Assembly (NCBI GenBank): GCA_025201805.1
Contig: MU619319.1
Coordinates: forward strand, 87,319-151,318
DNA: 64,000 bases
From: Parasitella parasitica NRRL 2501
Lineage: Eukaryota > Fungi > Mucoromycota
Direction of reading: 5' to 3'
The position numbers and the translations under genes were made by a program. Numbering within the stretch: the stretch's first letter is position 1; the number at the start of each line of letters is the position of its first letter. Positions 1-12,700 of the stretch are shown here, piece after piece. The notes below the pieces were generated by a model. It was given only the letters and a program-made list of their open reading frames with translations. It searched no databases and was not told where the DNA came from.

Positions 1-2134
1 AGATTTAATCAGGACTTCCCAACAAGTATCCAATTGAATGTAAAGGATGATGGTGCCTGAATTAAAAAAGAGCCAATCAAGTCAATTGCTATTACATTAT
101 CCCCACGTTTGTTTGTTTGATAGATAATCGGGAGATGTATTCCAACCACATCACAAAAAGCGTCATTTTTACTCGTCATAATAAGAATGATTGAGACAAT
201 GACATGAACACTGGTAAACAATCAAGCCTTCTACTCTTTTTCTTTTTTCTTTTTTTTTTAATTAGAATGTGATTATTTATAAAAAAAAAAAAAAGAAAAA
301 AAAAACGATTAGAACATGAAAAGCCGTGCATAATGGGTATGTTTGCAAGGATTTGTACGCGGCGCCTGGCGTACAAATATTTACATTTCTGGAATAAATA
401 AAAGTATGGCTTTCTCGGATATATGCTGTTATATACCGAATTAACTACTATTATTTCTTTTATGAATGATTGTGCCAAGAGAGCCAAAGATAGCTTTGAT
501 TATTTCTAGCTTTTGGTTGGTAAGCCACTGGTCGCTTACAGATTTGATAAGTCTCAAGTCATACGGCAAAGTGTAGGCAACTGTTAACACAATGGACACT
601 TTTACTATATGTGTAGAAAATCATATCTCCTACACTTAAAATTTCAAGACTATGTCCGTTTTTTCTCTGCTAAAGGGATTCTACGCGCGGAAAGACATTG
701 AGAATGACTCTCAATATAATGTTAATAATGATTACCAACATTGCTGTAGGCTCTTTTCAAGTTTGAACCTTGTATCCCAATGTAAATCGATTTGCAAGGT
801 ACTTTGAAATGGCCAGATTCAGCGCTTAATGTCCAATGATAGCTTATGAGTTATTCTTTTTGCAAATAGTAATGATTCAATGATCCGTTCCAAGGCTCTA
901 AAAAAAAAGAGGTTGGGGGTTAGGTTTAATCATTATAATTTTTAAGAAGGATATTATTTGTCGATTTCCTCAACATATCAATCCAGGAACAACAATTACA
1001 ACATTTTATCAGCAGCAGTAAACATATCTCGGGGTGTACATGGTAATTTTTATAGATTTGTTCACATGCAATTTGCAATGTTTGTAACCATCACTATACC
1101 ACACAATATTCATCGGGCTTGAATATTCAAGGAGGGAGGGGGAAATATTCTATTACATGGAGATGAACTAACAATGGAAACAAAACAAATTACCATCTTG
1201 GCATTATTAATGACAATCAATTTCCAATCATGGACATGATAACAAAATAATGATTTAATCCCTTCGGAGTACTGTAACACGCCAGATGATATAATTTATC
1301 ATCATATCATCATTATTGCTGAAAAACATATAATGTGCCTGATTTTACCGACTTCAATAGATGTACCCGGGTAAAAGGTAAAAAAAAAAAAAGTTTTTTG
1401 GTTAAATGAAAACCCCTTCAGTTATTGTAAATGCAGAAAAGTTGATGCATAGCGATCCTCTTGTCTGGTTACTAGATCAATTGAGTGTATCATGTCCTTT
1501 TGTCATCAATTACACGTAAAGCCACGATATCATGATGAAAGCCCAGTGTATTAAATAGGATGATAAAGTAACAAAACCGGAAGCTGTAACGGATTTTGAT
1601 TTAAGCGTCCTGAAAAAGTTTACCAGCGCGTCATAACTTGTGTACATTTACATATATGAAATGAGTTAATTAAAGCACTAAAAGTTATGTGCAGTACATT
1701 ATTGTGTACACATGGTCACCAATGCCTTATTGTTTAAATTTAAGTTTTCAACCGAAACTGAACTGGTTTAGCAGCAATAATACACATACTTCGGGTCTGG
1801 TCTTTTGGTCTGGATCTAATGTAACCCACCTCAGAGTGTAACCCAACGTTACAAAAGAGAGAAAAAAAATTTTTTTCTACACAAAAAAATGACAGAAGGT
1901 TACAATAAAATGGTTTGAAGCTTTTTTTAATTAGAAAAGTTAAAAAGATAATATTAAGAATAAGTTACATAAGGAAGTGTTGTGATGAATGTATATATAT
2001 GAAAAAAGATTCTTCGTCTTTGCCTTGATGTTATATGTATAAATGTCGATTTCTGTGTGTCATCGTGAGGAAACATGGGAGAAGGGGGGGGGGGAGGAGA
2101 TTGCTATTTTTTTTTTAATTTGTAATGTATCAAT

Positions 2135-3049
2135 TCAGTTACGAACTGGATTGGGCTCAATATACACAGCAGAAGCCAGATCTCGGAATGAATCAATGAA
2201 TATAGGAGTATGTTTAAATCTACCAAACCCTTGCAAAGCTTCAAATTCGTCCTGTGTCAAATGTAGTTCTTTTAGTACTGGTGATGGAGGTGTGGTAGTG
2301 GTGGCGGCGGCGGATGTTGCTGTTGCTGCTAATATAGGTAGTGACATTGGAGATGATAATGTTGCTGTTGTTGTTGTTGTTGTTGTTGATAATCTTCTGT
2401 GTCTTCTACTAATAAGGGGTCCTTCTTCATCAGAAGAATCCGCAGCGGTTGTATTAGATGACATGACAAATTCAGGTGTAGTCTCAGGTTCATACTTAAT
2501 AGTTGAAGTTCTCAATTCTCTCGAATTTGTGGTAGTCATTATTGGTTCCAAAGAAGGAGAAGTAGGCTCAGTGGTTTTACTCGTCGTAGTGGCTTCCGTG
2601 AGAGCTCCAGTCGTGGTGTTTGAGGTTGTATTTGAGGGAGTAGAGTTAGCAGAAGGCGATTTGCTACGTGATTTATGAGTTTGGGTGTGCTGCATCATAT
2701 TATCAAATCTGCTAAATCTTCTAGTGCAGCCAGGTACTACGCACAAGTAAGGTTTCTATTAATTAACATTAGAAAAAAGTCGAATTGACTTGAATTAAAC
2801 AAGTACCTCGCCAGTATGCTTACTAATAAAGCCAAAAAAAAATAAAAATAAAAAAAATAAAACCTGGATCAATACAATGACATCTTCACCTAAGCTTTGG
2901 GTATGTACTTACCGAGTATGTCTTGCCAAATGTTCAGAACGGGTAAAGACCATGTTACAATTATCGTACCCTGTGCATTGGAATACCTTTTGTTTCGTAC
3001 GTTGTTTCTTTGCTGTATTAGTAGCTGGGGTAGACGGTACTGCAGGCAT
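2135..3049 (-). CDS. C2H2 zinc-finger transcription factor (Usv1/Rgm1/Nsf1-type), 3 coding exons; 5' end may extend into the gap
   Basis: Exons 3049-2913, 2822-2807 (16 nt) and 2755-2135 give [56 protein letters not shown]: two C2H2 fingers with a TGEKP linker, then a Ser/Thr-rich tail. Confidence 0.9.
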
Positions 3050-3070
3050 CTTCTTCTTGATCAAACAGAG

Positions 3071-3975
3071 NNNNNNNNNNNNNNNNNNNNNNNNNNNNNN
3101 NNNNNNNNNNNNNNNNNNNNNNNNNNNNNNNNNNNNNNNNNNNNNNNNNNNNNNNNNNNNNNNNNNNNNNNNNNNNNNNNNNNNNNNNNNNNNNNNNNNN
3201 NNNNNNNNNNNNNNNNNNNNNNNNNNNNNNNNNNNNNNNNNNNNNNNNNNNNNNNNNNNNNNNNNNNNNNNNNNNNNNNNNNNNNNNNNNNNNNNNNNNN
3301 NNNNNNNNNNNNNNNNNNNNNNNNNNNNNNNNNNNNNNNNNNNNNNNNNNNNNNNNNNNNNNNNNNNNNNNNNNNNNNNNNNNNNNNNNNNNNNNNNNNN
3401 NNNNNNNNNNNNNNNNNNNNNNNNNNNNNNNNNNNNNNNNNNNNNNNNNNNNNNNNNNNNNNNNNNNNNNNNNNNNNNNNNNNNNNNNNNNNNNNNNNNN
3501 NNNNNNNNNNNNNNNNNNNNNNNNNNNNNNNNNNNNNNNNNNNNNNNNNNNNNNNNNNNNNNNNNNNNNNNNNNNNNNNNNNNNNNNNNNNNNNNNNNNN
3601 NNNNNNNNNNNNNNNNNNNNNNNNNNNNNNNNNNNNNNNNNNNNNNNNNNNNNNNNNNNNNNNNNNNNNNNNNNNNNNNNNNNNNNNNNNNNNNNNNNNN
3701 NNNNNNNNNNNNNNNNNNNNNNNNNNNNNNNNNNNNNNNNNNNNNNNNNNNNNNNNNNNNNNNNNNNNNNNNNNNNNNNNNNNNNNNNNNNNNNNNNNNN
3801 NNNNNNNNNNNNNNNNNNNNNNNNNNNNNNNNNNNNNNNNNNNNNNNNNNNNNNNNNNNNNNNNNNNNNNNNNNNNNNNNNNNNNNNNNNNNNNNNNNNN
3901 NNNNNNNNNNNNNNNNNNNNNNNNNNNNNNNNNNNNNNNNNNNNNNNNNNNNNNNNNNNNNNNNNNNNNNNNNNN
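3071..3975. other. Assembly gap (905 N)
   Basis: Run of N. Confidence 1.

Positions 3976-4059
<84 letters not shown>
3976..4059 (+). repeat. Poly(A) run of about 84 nt abutting the gap
   Basis: Direct observation; likely the cause of the contig break. Confidence 0.95.
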
Positions 4060-4061
<2 letters not shown>

Positions 4062-4141
4062 AATAAATAGGGTCCATTGATTCAGGCGTTCTCATCTTTT
4101 CATCAAATACTTGAAATACTTCAAATAAAACAGCTCATCAA

Positions 4142-5302
4142 ATGCAGTTGCAAGATTTTCCATTTGAAATACTATTACAAGTTTTGTCAAGCTTAAACTA
4201 TAAAGATATTTCATCTTTTGTTCAATGTAACACTGCATTATACAACCGCTCAATGCAGGAGTCTTTTTGGTTTGATCTCTGTCGGTTACATGGTATTCGT
4301 TACTGTCATCCTGACTCAAGTTGGAAAAAACTATATCAATCCAATGAGCTTTCCAAGATGTGCCCTCATTTAAACAAATCTCTGTTTAAGGCCCTTCCTA
4401 AAAAGAAAAAACTGCTCTGGACTCGCAATGTACCGAAAACTGGGAACTATGTTATGTGTTTACATCATTCATGCAATTACCTTGGTATGTATTGCGTTGA
4501 AGTCTTGATACCAGCAAGATTTAACATGAGTTAAGCAGGAGAATCTGACCGAGATGATATCAATCATCCTCATCACCAACAACAACATGCGTTGGCATTA
4601 AAGTTATCACCCTTGCATGCTTTAGAGTTGTGGTGCAACGCCTGTAGAAAAGCCGTACGTTTCTCATTGTCATCAACACGATAATCTATCACCTAAAACC
4701 TTTTATATATACAAAATAGGTTGGCTTTGACGGTTTTGCTAGGCATGTAAATCAGGGCTTAAAAACCGAGTACTACTTCATGAAAAAGTTTGTACAAGAC
4801 TTCGCTACATACAAGCCAACAGAAGATGATGAATCATTACAGTACTGGATTGACAAAAGAAGACGGGACATCGAGTATCATCTTTATCAGGTTCAATTCA
4901 GATACTCAAGTATGGGCCTTGTTGATAAAGTTTGGCATGATTCGTGGCTAGCATTTATCTCAGGTTAGTACAATACTCTACATGCTATCCTATAGAGACT
5001 GAATTTTGATAACAATACCCAAATCAGGAAAATCAAATCATTGCCCAGGTACCTTGACAAACAAAAAGCTGTTCCTCTCGGATGGATTGACACTTGACCC
5101 CACACTCACCCTGGGTAAAGAATTCGAGCTTATTGGAAGTTTGGCTATTTGGTATATTGAAAGAGTCTATGGCATTGAAAATAATGGTGTCGTATCTGTC
5201 AATGACTTGCCAAATAATGCCGATTACTGTAGACTGATTCACAAGATAAAAATTAGACAGCAAATGAACCAGGCTACTAGATACCCTCTCATCATAGAAT
5301 AA
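4142..5302 (+). CDS. F-box protein with a degenerate ZnF-UBP domain and a C-terminal DUSP-like domain (4 exons)
   Basis: F-box LQDFPFEILLQVLSSL. ZnF-UBP-like CPHL...MCLHHSCNYLGES...HPHH...HALAL...LWCNAC. DUSP-like LVDKVWHDSWLAFISG..CPGTLTNKKL...KEFELIG..IWYIERVYG. GT-AG introns join the pieces in frame (first intron 4485-4538). Confidence 0.8.
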
Positions 5303-5409
5303 CTTGCTTGCCTTATTTTATCAGCATTAGAAGAATAAAATTGATCCACGCATAAAATGAATGTCTATTACAAATATCTATTTAGAATACTTTCATAAAA
5401 CTTTTACTA

Positions 5410-5900
5410 GTGGTAAAGCATATTTATTCTTCCTCGGTACTCCTCCTGTTTAGACATCACATTTCAATGGAAAAATAGGTAAAACAGACAGTAAGCGCTA
5501 GATAACACAGGCATTGAGCTGCAATAATAAACCATTCAAGCACTAAATGATGCTTGGTATTCACCAGTGCAAAAGAACAGATCAGCTATTAGCTCATTCA
5601 ATGCAAAACTACTAAAAAAATCACTCATGTATTGAAAACATCCAAGCGTTTTATTTTAGTGTACGCACGTCAGCAGCCCTCCGGCTTTCTTTTTGAACCA
5701 TCATGTGGGCTTCAAAGCAAACCAAAGCATTCGATGAAGTTGCCTAAACACTATGTAATAGGCATAATTACAAATCGATACCTTTAAATTGTATTCCGTG
5801 GCAAGTTTGGGCTTTTGATAATGTAGCAGCAACGACAGTATCATTGCAACCATCATGCTGTGGCCTACTAAATATTATTTTGGAGGAGGATACTACTATG
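5410..5900 (+). mobile_element. Possible highly decayed Fanzor/TnpB-like fragment (central region)
   Basis: Broken frames read AALRLSF...KQTKAFDEVA*TLCNRHNYK...IPWQVWAF...NDSI...CGLLNII/WRR. The order resembles the region before RuvC-II in fungal Fanzors as I recall it. Many stops and frameshifts. Confidence 0.25.
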
Positions 5901-6492
5901 TCAAAACCATTTTGGAATAAAATTGGATAATCTTATGATGAAAATACAAATTATAAAAAAAACACACACACAGCGAGAAAATGCAATTATAGTCTTTTCA
6001 CTTTATTTGATGAAAATAAATCTGAAGGAGAGAATACAGCCTTGAAGAGAGCTACATTTATATAATTTGTAAAAAAGTTTTCACATTATCTGTGAGCATG
6101 TCTATTTCACACAGGCACAAAGAAGATGGTTTATTAATTGACATTCTCTCGCATAGGATAACGGTTGATACTTAGATATAATGGTCGACGAGTTTACGAT
6201 GCATTATTTTAATATTACAGTCAGAATGTTTGTTTTGGAAAGCAACTGAGCTTTTTACGGGGTTCAAGGATTCGATGTTGTTATTGTGTATATCTAGAAT
6301 TAATGCAACTGCGACACTTACATGAGCTCCAGATGCTTTATCGAATTATAAAATGGAGCATAAAATCAAGCATCGCCTGTATTGTGATAGTGATTGTTGT
6401 ACTTTGATCAGGAGTTCAATCGCACACAAATACTCTTAATATCTAGCTTTACTTTTTGTGTCTGGATTTAATACGAGTGTTCTTTTTAGGCG

Positions 6493-6640
6493 TAAATCGT
6501 GGAATTCGATTTAATAAGATAATGTTATGAAAATAAGAGGTATCTGATTTATCAGAAAGTTAATAGGAATTAATCAGGTAAAGATCCGTTTATTATATTC
6601 AAAGTAGAGGGTTTACATACTTTCTATGGACTGAGGGAAT
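6493..6640 (+). repeat. Dispersed non-coding repeat family, copy A
   Basis: TCTGATTTATCAGAA (6543-6557), GAATTAATCAGGTAAAGATC (6567-6586) and GAGGGTTTACATACT (6607-6621) are exact, collinear reverse complements of 39842-39856, 39794-39813 and 39757-39771. Confidence 0.85.
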
Positions 6641-7655
6641 ATAATAAAAAATATTGTAAATGTTTTTGCTGATAACTTTTGATAGACACATCGCCCAAAG
6701 AAAATCAAGTTGTGCTCAGATAGCGATGATCATGCCTGATTTGACGGCGCACAAGGCAGGCTTTATGTTACTTTCTATCGTGGCCTATCAGTGTTTATAT
6801 GCAATTTTTATATGGTTTCCGCTGATAACTTATAGGTTATCAAAAAAACATCATGGATAATAGCAGTTTCTGATCAGATAGTGCTAAATTATTGCTATGT
6901 TTTCCATGTTTGATCTGTTGTAGATCAGCATAATAAAGCGAGCTATGACATGAAAAAAAAAAAAAAAAGGAATCTTCGTTGAAAATAAGATTATGAATAT
7001 GATCTTCAAAAAATCCACCATCAACAAGAATATTTGCAATCATCAAGACAATCTAGTACGGATTCATAAATATGTAAACCAATTTCAAGAACAAATAGAG
7101 CAACTTTGACATTCGTTAAATTTGCCATTGACTCTCTCTTTCTCAATCCTTACGGCCACGATTTCCTTGATGATGAATGATCCACACTATAATTTAGGTA
7201 TCTCTAGAACTATTCACACTCATTATAACACCTTATGGTCAAACAGAAACTAAATAGCCTTTTATTAAATTAGATGACGATATAAATAGGGCTGCCAGAA
7301 ATATTACTTGAAACCTGTCGTACTTCTTTTGGTGTCCTTATATATACTTTATCTACTACCTACTACCAATAGATACATTCCATTAGGCTTTAGAAGACTG
7401 AATCACATATATATATATACTTGCTGTAAATGACAATAAAAATATCATGATGCAGAATACCACAGCATGCCCCATAAGCTATTTAAATCTCAAAACCATA
7501 ATATCTCACCCAACGTACGTTACTCGCCAAATAATACGGCAGTACTTCAGCCTTCAGCTTCCAAATAGCCTTTTATGAATGACTGTCACTTGAATTGATT
7601 GCTTTTTAAAAAAGTTTAGCAATACAACACGCTGTTCTTTTTCATATCAATCGAC

Positions 7656-9647
7656 ATGTCTAACGAAAAGAAAGAACTTATTGGACCAGCCGAAGAGAAA
7701 ATCAGAACGCTTTTATCCCAATCTGGCGATCCATTGGAAGCCATTCGTGCTATACAAAAAGATTACGGTCTTGATCTTACCGGCATTGACGACATGTATC
7801 CATTGTTGGACTTGTGTGGCTACAGCCGTCTAGAGATACACAGAGCTTGCTTGGATGCTTTAAATAAAGCTACCGTTCATCATATCGAGCAGCCCACTTT
7901 TCAGCTTGAAAAGTACGTAGCAGAGACGGACAAGCTTGTCAAATAGATACTAATTGTAACATAGTTTCTATGACCTGTTTGAAAAAACATTCAAGTACGT
8001 TCATATACCACTGATGCAGCCCATTCCAATGGCATTGCTAAAGAAATTCGAACGCCATATTGGGGAGGACATCATAGAAAGGTTGAAAAGTGATGTAGCA
8101 GTATTTGAAAATTGCCCTTTGAATATCAAACAACGCATATGGAAACAAGATGAATCATTTTTCCAGCAAACAATGATTTCCTTATTAAACGATTACCACC
8201 ACGACGAAGCCTTGCAGTTGTTATCATTGAATCTAAGACCTGATAACTACCAGGAAATTATCGAAGAAAGGTAAAACGAAAAATCGCAAGGTTGAAAGAC
8301 GTGTGCTCAACAGACGGCATTTTAGACGTACGCATCCCATTGTTCTGAAAGTGATGGATACTATCAGTCAAGACCCGGAAATTTACAGAATGTTTATACA
8401 AATGATTCGCATTGTGTTTGAAGCTACGCCGTATCCTAGCTTATGCTCTTTACGTGTAGATGTGTTGATGAATTTCCATGACCTGGATTGTGAACCAGTA
8501 TGTTTTTTGCAATATATCAATGCAGCTTAAATGCTAAGTTTCTCGATTTTAGATCCTCAAGTCAGACAAATGTCATCAGCTTATTTGGTCTCTCGACAGT
8601 TGTGTCCGAAACCAGAACATGGATGAAACGATTGTTGAGAAGATCAAGGAATGCTTTGATAATGTCAAAAATGGAACTGCACTCTATGCGTAACGTATTA
8701 AGCAGAAATCTATGACAGCGAATGCTAATTTGTATTTGTAGCGACTTTGCAATGGTATTGATGGACCCGATGATTTCGAACTTTCTCGCATCAACAATTG
8801 TGAAATGGTTGCGACATAATGTTGAAGATAATACGCAGCAAGAGGATTTAGAAGGTCTGACCAACTACAATGGAAAGTTACTCAACCTGGCTGAACATGC
8901 TCCTTATGCCATTGCTCACAATGCAAAGATCCCTAAATTAGACAAAGACCTTAAAGAGAGTTATTGGAGCGCTATTTGCTCTCTCATGTTGGAAGAAGGG
9001 AATGATGTAACTATGCCAATAGGCGAAAAACCAGCAGCCGTCATTTTGCCACTGTTACGCCGAAGTGATATTGCTAGAAAAGTGTTTGTTCATTATCTCG
9101 TAGATCGCACGTTTGAAGGAGATATAAGGACACTGACTCGCTGCTTACCGCTCATATTGGAAACATGGCCAGCACCTGAATTTGAAGAGGAAGGCATCAT
9201 TTACAGGCAAACTTACTTGAGTTTCATAAAGACAATGATGGATATCTTGGTAAAGCGCAATTTGTTTGAATGTATTGCGGATGTCAAATGGAGACAAGCT
9301 GTCGTGGAAGGGTTTCTGTTGAGAGTGGTTGCGTGGGATTGTAGAATCCACGAACAGATGATCCGTTTCCTTGCAGAATACTTTTTGGATCCCAAGATTC
9401 TAGTAAAATTAGGGCCTCAGGTTGGTATACTGGTCGAGTGGGCTGACGCAACTGTTGTCAATGGATTGAAGGATGAGAAAGTAAGTGTGAGGAAGGTCAT
9501 ATAACTACCTTTTTTTTAATAACAGCCAAATAGCACATGAAGACGCTTAAAGACCTGTACGCCTTTTTATTATCAAGATCAAGCAGCATATTGAACGGCG
9601 AGTACAGAATTAACCCACCATCCGTAATTCATTTCTGCTCTTCTTGA
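7656..9647 (+). CDS. NELFB: Negative elongation factor B / COBRA1 homologue (6 exons)
   Basis: Collinear matches to animal NELF-B motifs: DPLEAIRAIQKDYGL, PLLDLCGYSRLEIH, LFEKTFKYVHIPLMQPI, CPLNIKQRIWKQD, LCSLRVDVLMNFHDLD, DKCHQLIWSLDSCVR, DFAMVLMDP. Introns 7913-7964, 8271-8325, 8498-8552, about 8690-8741, 9481-9533; the last acceptor is uncertain. Confidence 0.88.
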
Positions 9648-9726
9648 TTTCTTTGGCGCTCCGATGTGTATAAAAATTCTTTTCTTTTCTTTTTCCATTT
9701 CACCATACTCCAAAATCTAATAAATT

Positions 9727-12700
9727 ATGCCTGCTATTACACCTGCACAATTATCGTCATTACAGCATAATACAAAAAACATTCGAAATATCTGTATTCT
9801 AGCCCATGTTGATCATGGAAAAACCACTCTTTCAGACTCGCTTTTGGCAACAAATGGTATCATCTCTTCAAAAATGGCTGGCAAAGTCAGATACCTTGAC
9901 TCTCGTGAGGACGAACAGGAAAGAGGCATTACCATGGAATCCAGCGCCATTAGCTTATATTTCAAGCTTGTCAAGTCTGTCGTCAATGAAGGTAGTCGTA
10001 TATGCCTAAAGTCTTTGCAGTAAATGCTAAATATCAGATGTGTTAGAGGCGCAGCCAAAGACGGTTGAAAGTGAATATCTCATCAATTTGATTGATTCGC
10101 CCGGCCACGTTGATTTCTCTTCAGAGGTATCCACTGCATCTAGATTATGTGATGGCGGCCTTGTGCTGATTGATGTTGTGGAAGGTGTTTGCACCCAGGT
10201 AAACTATTTTTTCTTTCTTTCTTCTTTTACATTGATGTGATGAAATTAATGCAAAGGGGGGGGGGTTTCTAGACAGTCTCCGTTTTGCGTCAAGCATGGA
10301 TTGATAAGGTGAGGCCAGTGCTTGTGTTCAACAAAATGGACCGATTAATTGTAGAATTGCAAATGACGCCAAACGAGGCGTATATTCACATTAATAAAAT
10401 CCTGGAACAAGTGAATGCTGTTATGGCTACTTTTTTCACCGGTGATTTGATGGAAAGCGAAGCTAGAAAAATGACAGATGAAAAGAAGGATGTACAAGAA
10501 GATGAGGAGGAATTCGACGCTAATAAAGTGTACGATTGGAGTGTGGAAGATAGAGACGACTCTGATATTTATTTTGATCCAGCCAAAGGCAACGTTATTT
10601 TTTCCAGTGCAGTCGACGGGTGGGCTTTCAGGTAAGTCTTTTCTATATACACAATCAGCGAGTGTTTCCGTGCTAATGTTATTGGCAGAGTACAACAATT
10701 CGCTTCATTTTATGCCAAAAAGATCGGATTCAAAGAATCAGTTTTGCAAAAATGCCTGTGGGGCGAATACTACTTTGATCCCAAAGCCAAACGAGTAATC
10801 CTGCCAAAGCATTTGAAGGGCAGGAATCTGAAGCCTATGTTTGTGCAATTTGTGCTAGAAAATATATGGGCTGTTTATGGCAGTGTTGTCATTGAACCGT
10901 AAGTGTAATCGTGGTGTGATCCACAAACTATATGCTGATATCGTATTATAATTAAAGTGATCGCGAGCGAGTTGAAAAGATTGTGGGTGCCTTGAAAATC
11001 AAGGTCTTGCCTCGAGATTTACGTTCTCGTGATCCTCAAATCTTGCTGTCTGCCATCTTCTCCCAGTGGCTTCCTCTGTCAACCTGCGTTTTATTGGCCA
11101 TTATCGGTCAATTGCCACCTCCTGCAGATGCCCAAAGAGTGCGTCTTCCAAAAATGTTGTATCCAAATATACATCGTAAAGATAGCGATCCTTTGCAACC
11201 TATCAATGATGTTGAAAAGGCATTATATAGCTGTGATACGTCTCCTGACGCGCCTGTCGTTGCATATGTCAGTAAAATGTTTGCTGTGCCTGTCGAGTTT
11301 TTGCCTGAGAACCGCCGTACCCAAATGAGCGCGGAAGAAATGCGAGAGCGTGGTCGACAGCAACGAGAGTTGCGTGCAGCACAAGCAGCTTTAGACAAAT
11401 CAGGGGAAGGTATTCCATTGACTTCCGAACAAGTGGAAACCCTCGCAGATGAACCTCAGGCTGAAGAAGCTGAGCCATTCACTAAAGAGCTCAAGGGCGA
11501 AAGTTTAATTGGTTTTGCTCGCCTGTATAGTGGCTCTATTCGAGTAGGGCAGAAACTTTACGTGATGGGCCCTAAATATGACCCTAAATTTCCGAAAAAA
11601 CACATCTCTGAAATTATGGTACAAAGCCTCTATTTGATTATGGGCAGGGATCTAGAATCCTTGCAAGAAGTCTGTGCGGGTAATGTCTTTGGCATTGGTG
11701 GGTTAGAGGGCCGTATTCTCAAGAATGGCACACTGGCCAGTACTGTTGATAATGTGCGTAACATGGCCGGTGTCAAAATGGAATCTTCCCCTATTGTGCG
11801 TGTGGCTCTTGAGCCCCAGGATCCGACTCAAATGGATAAATTAGTGCAGGGTCTTCACCTGTTGAATCAAGCTGATCCTTGTGTAGAAGTCATGTTGCAG
11901 GAAACCGGCGAGCACGTCATTTTGACAGCTGGTGAGTTGCATTTGGAAAGATGTCTGCGAGATTTGAAGGAGCGTTTTGCCAAAATCGAAATTCATGCAT
12001 CTGAGCCCATTGTGCCCTTTAGAGAGAGCATTGTTCGTGCTGAATTGCCAGCGGGTAAGGAAAAAGAGGGCGTTGTCGTGCCTCGTGGACAAGCAGAAAT
12101 CAAGATTAGCAGCAAGTTTCTTACTCTAAAGGTGCAAACGGTGCCTTTGCCTGTTAATGTTACGGATTTTTTGACAAAGCATGCTGCTTCCATCAAGGCT
12201 GTTGTCGAAGAAAAGCTAGCTAAAAAGTCTACCAGGGAAGAGGAAGAAGATGAAGATACTGGCGATGCTGCTCCAGTTACCACTAACCAGCTTTTATCTG
12301 CGTCTGAATTAGAGCAATCGCTAAAGCAAGAGTTTGCAGACGCAAAGAAGGACGGCGGTCCATCTGCTTCAATTTGGGACAATGCTGTTGATCAAATCTG
12401 GGCTTTCGGCCCTCGTCGTATTGGCTCTAGTTTGCTGATCAACCGTATTCCTGGTTATGTCAGAAAGCCTTTTTTCCAAATGGATTCCAAAAGGAGTGCA
12501 GATGTGGCCGTTGACCATGCCGACGAGGTCCTTGAGGTCCTGGATGAAGACACTAGTGCTCTTTCGATCCTCGACATCGATTTCCACATTCACACGGCTT
12601 TCCAGCTGTCTACTTTGACAGGCCCTTTGTGCGCTGAACCAATGACTGGTGTATGTTTTATTGTGCAAGGTGTTGAATTTCACCCTGAAGAGATGGTGTC

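Noticed and set aside
1532-1613. ATGATGA...CTGA pair resembling a C/D-box snoRNA
   Set aside because: No terminal stem and no recognisable rRNA-complementary guide; such motifs are common in AT-rich DNA.
2043-2678. 211-aa plus-strand ORF (also 19226-19792, 23759-24303, 11993-12382 and similar)
   Set aside because: Antisense or off-frame shadows of well-supported genes with biased codons.
2877-4070. Long ORFs of 397 and 388 aa
   Set aside because: Artefacts of the N gap and the poly(A) run.
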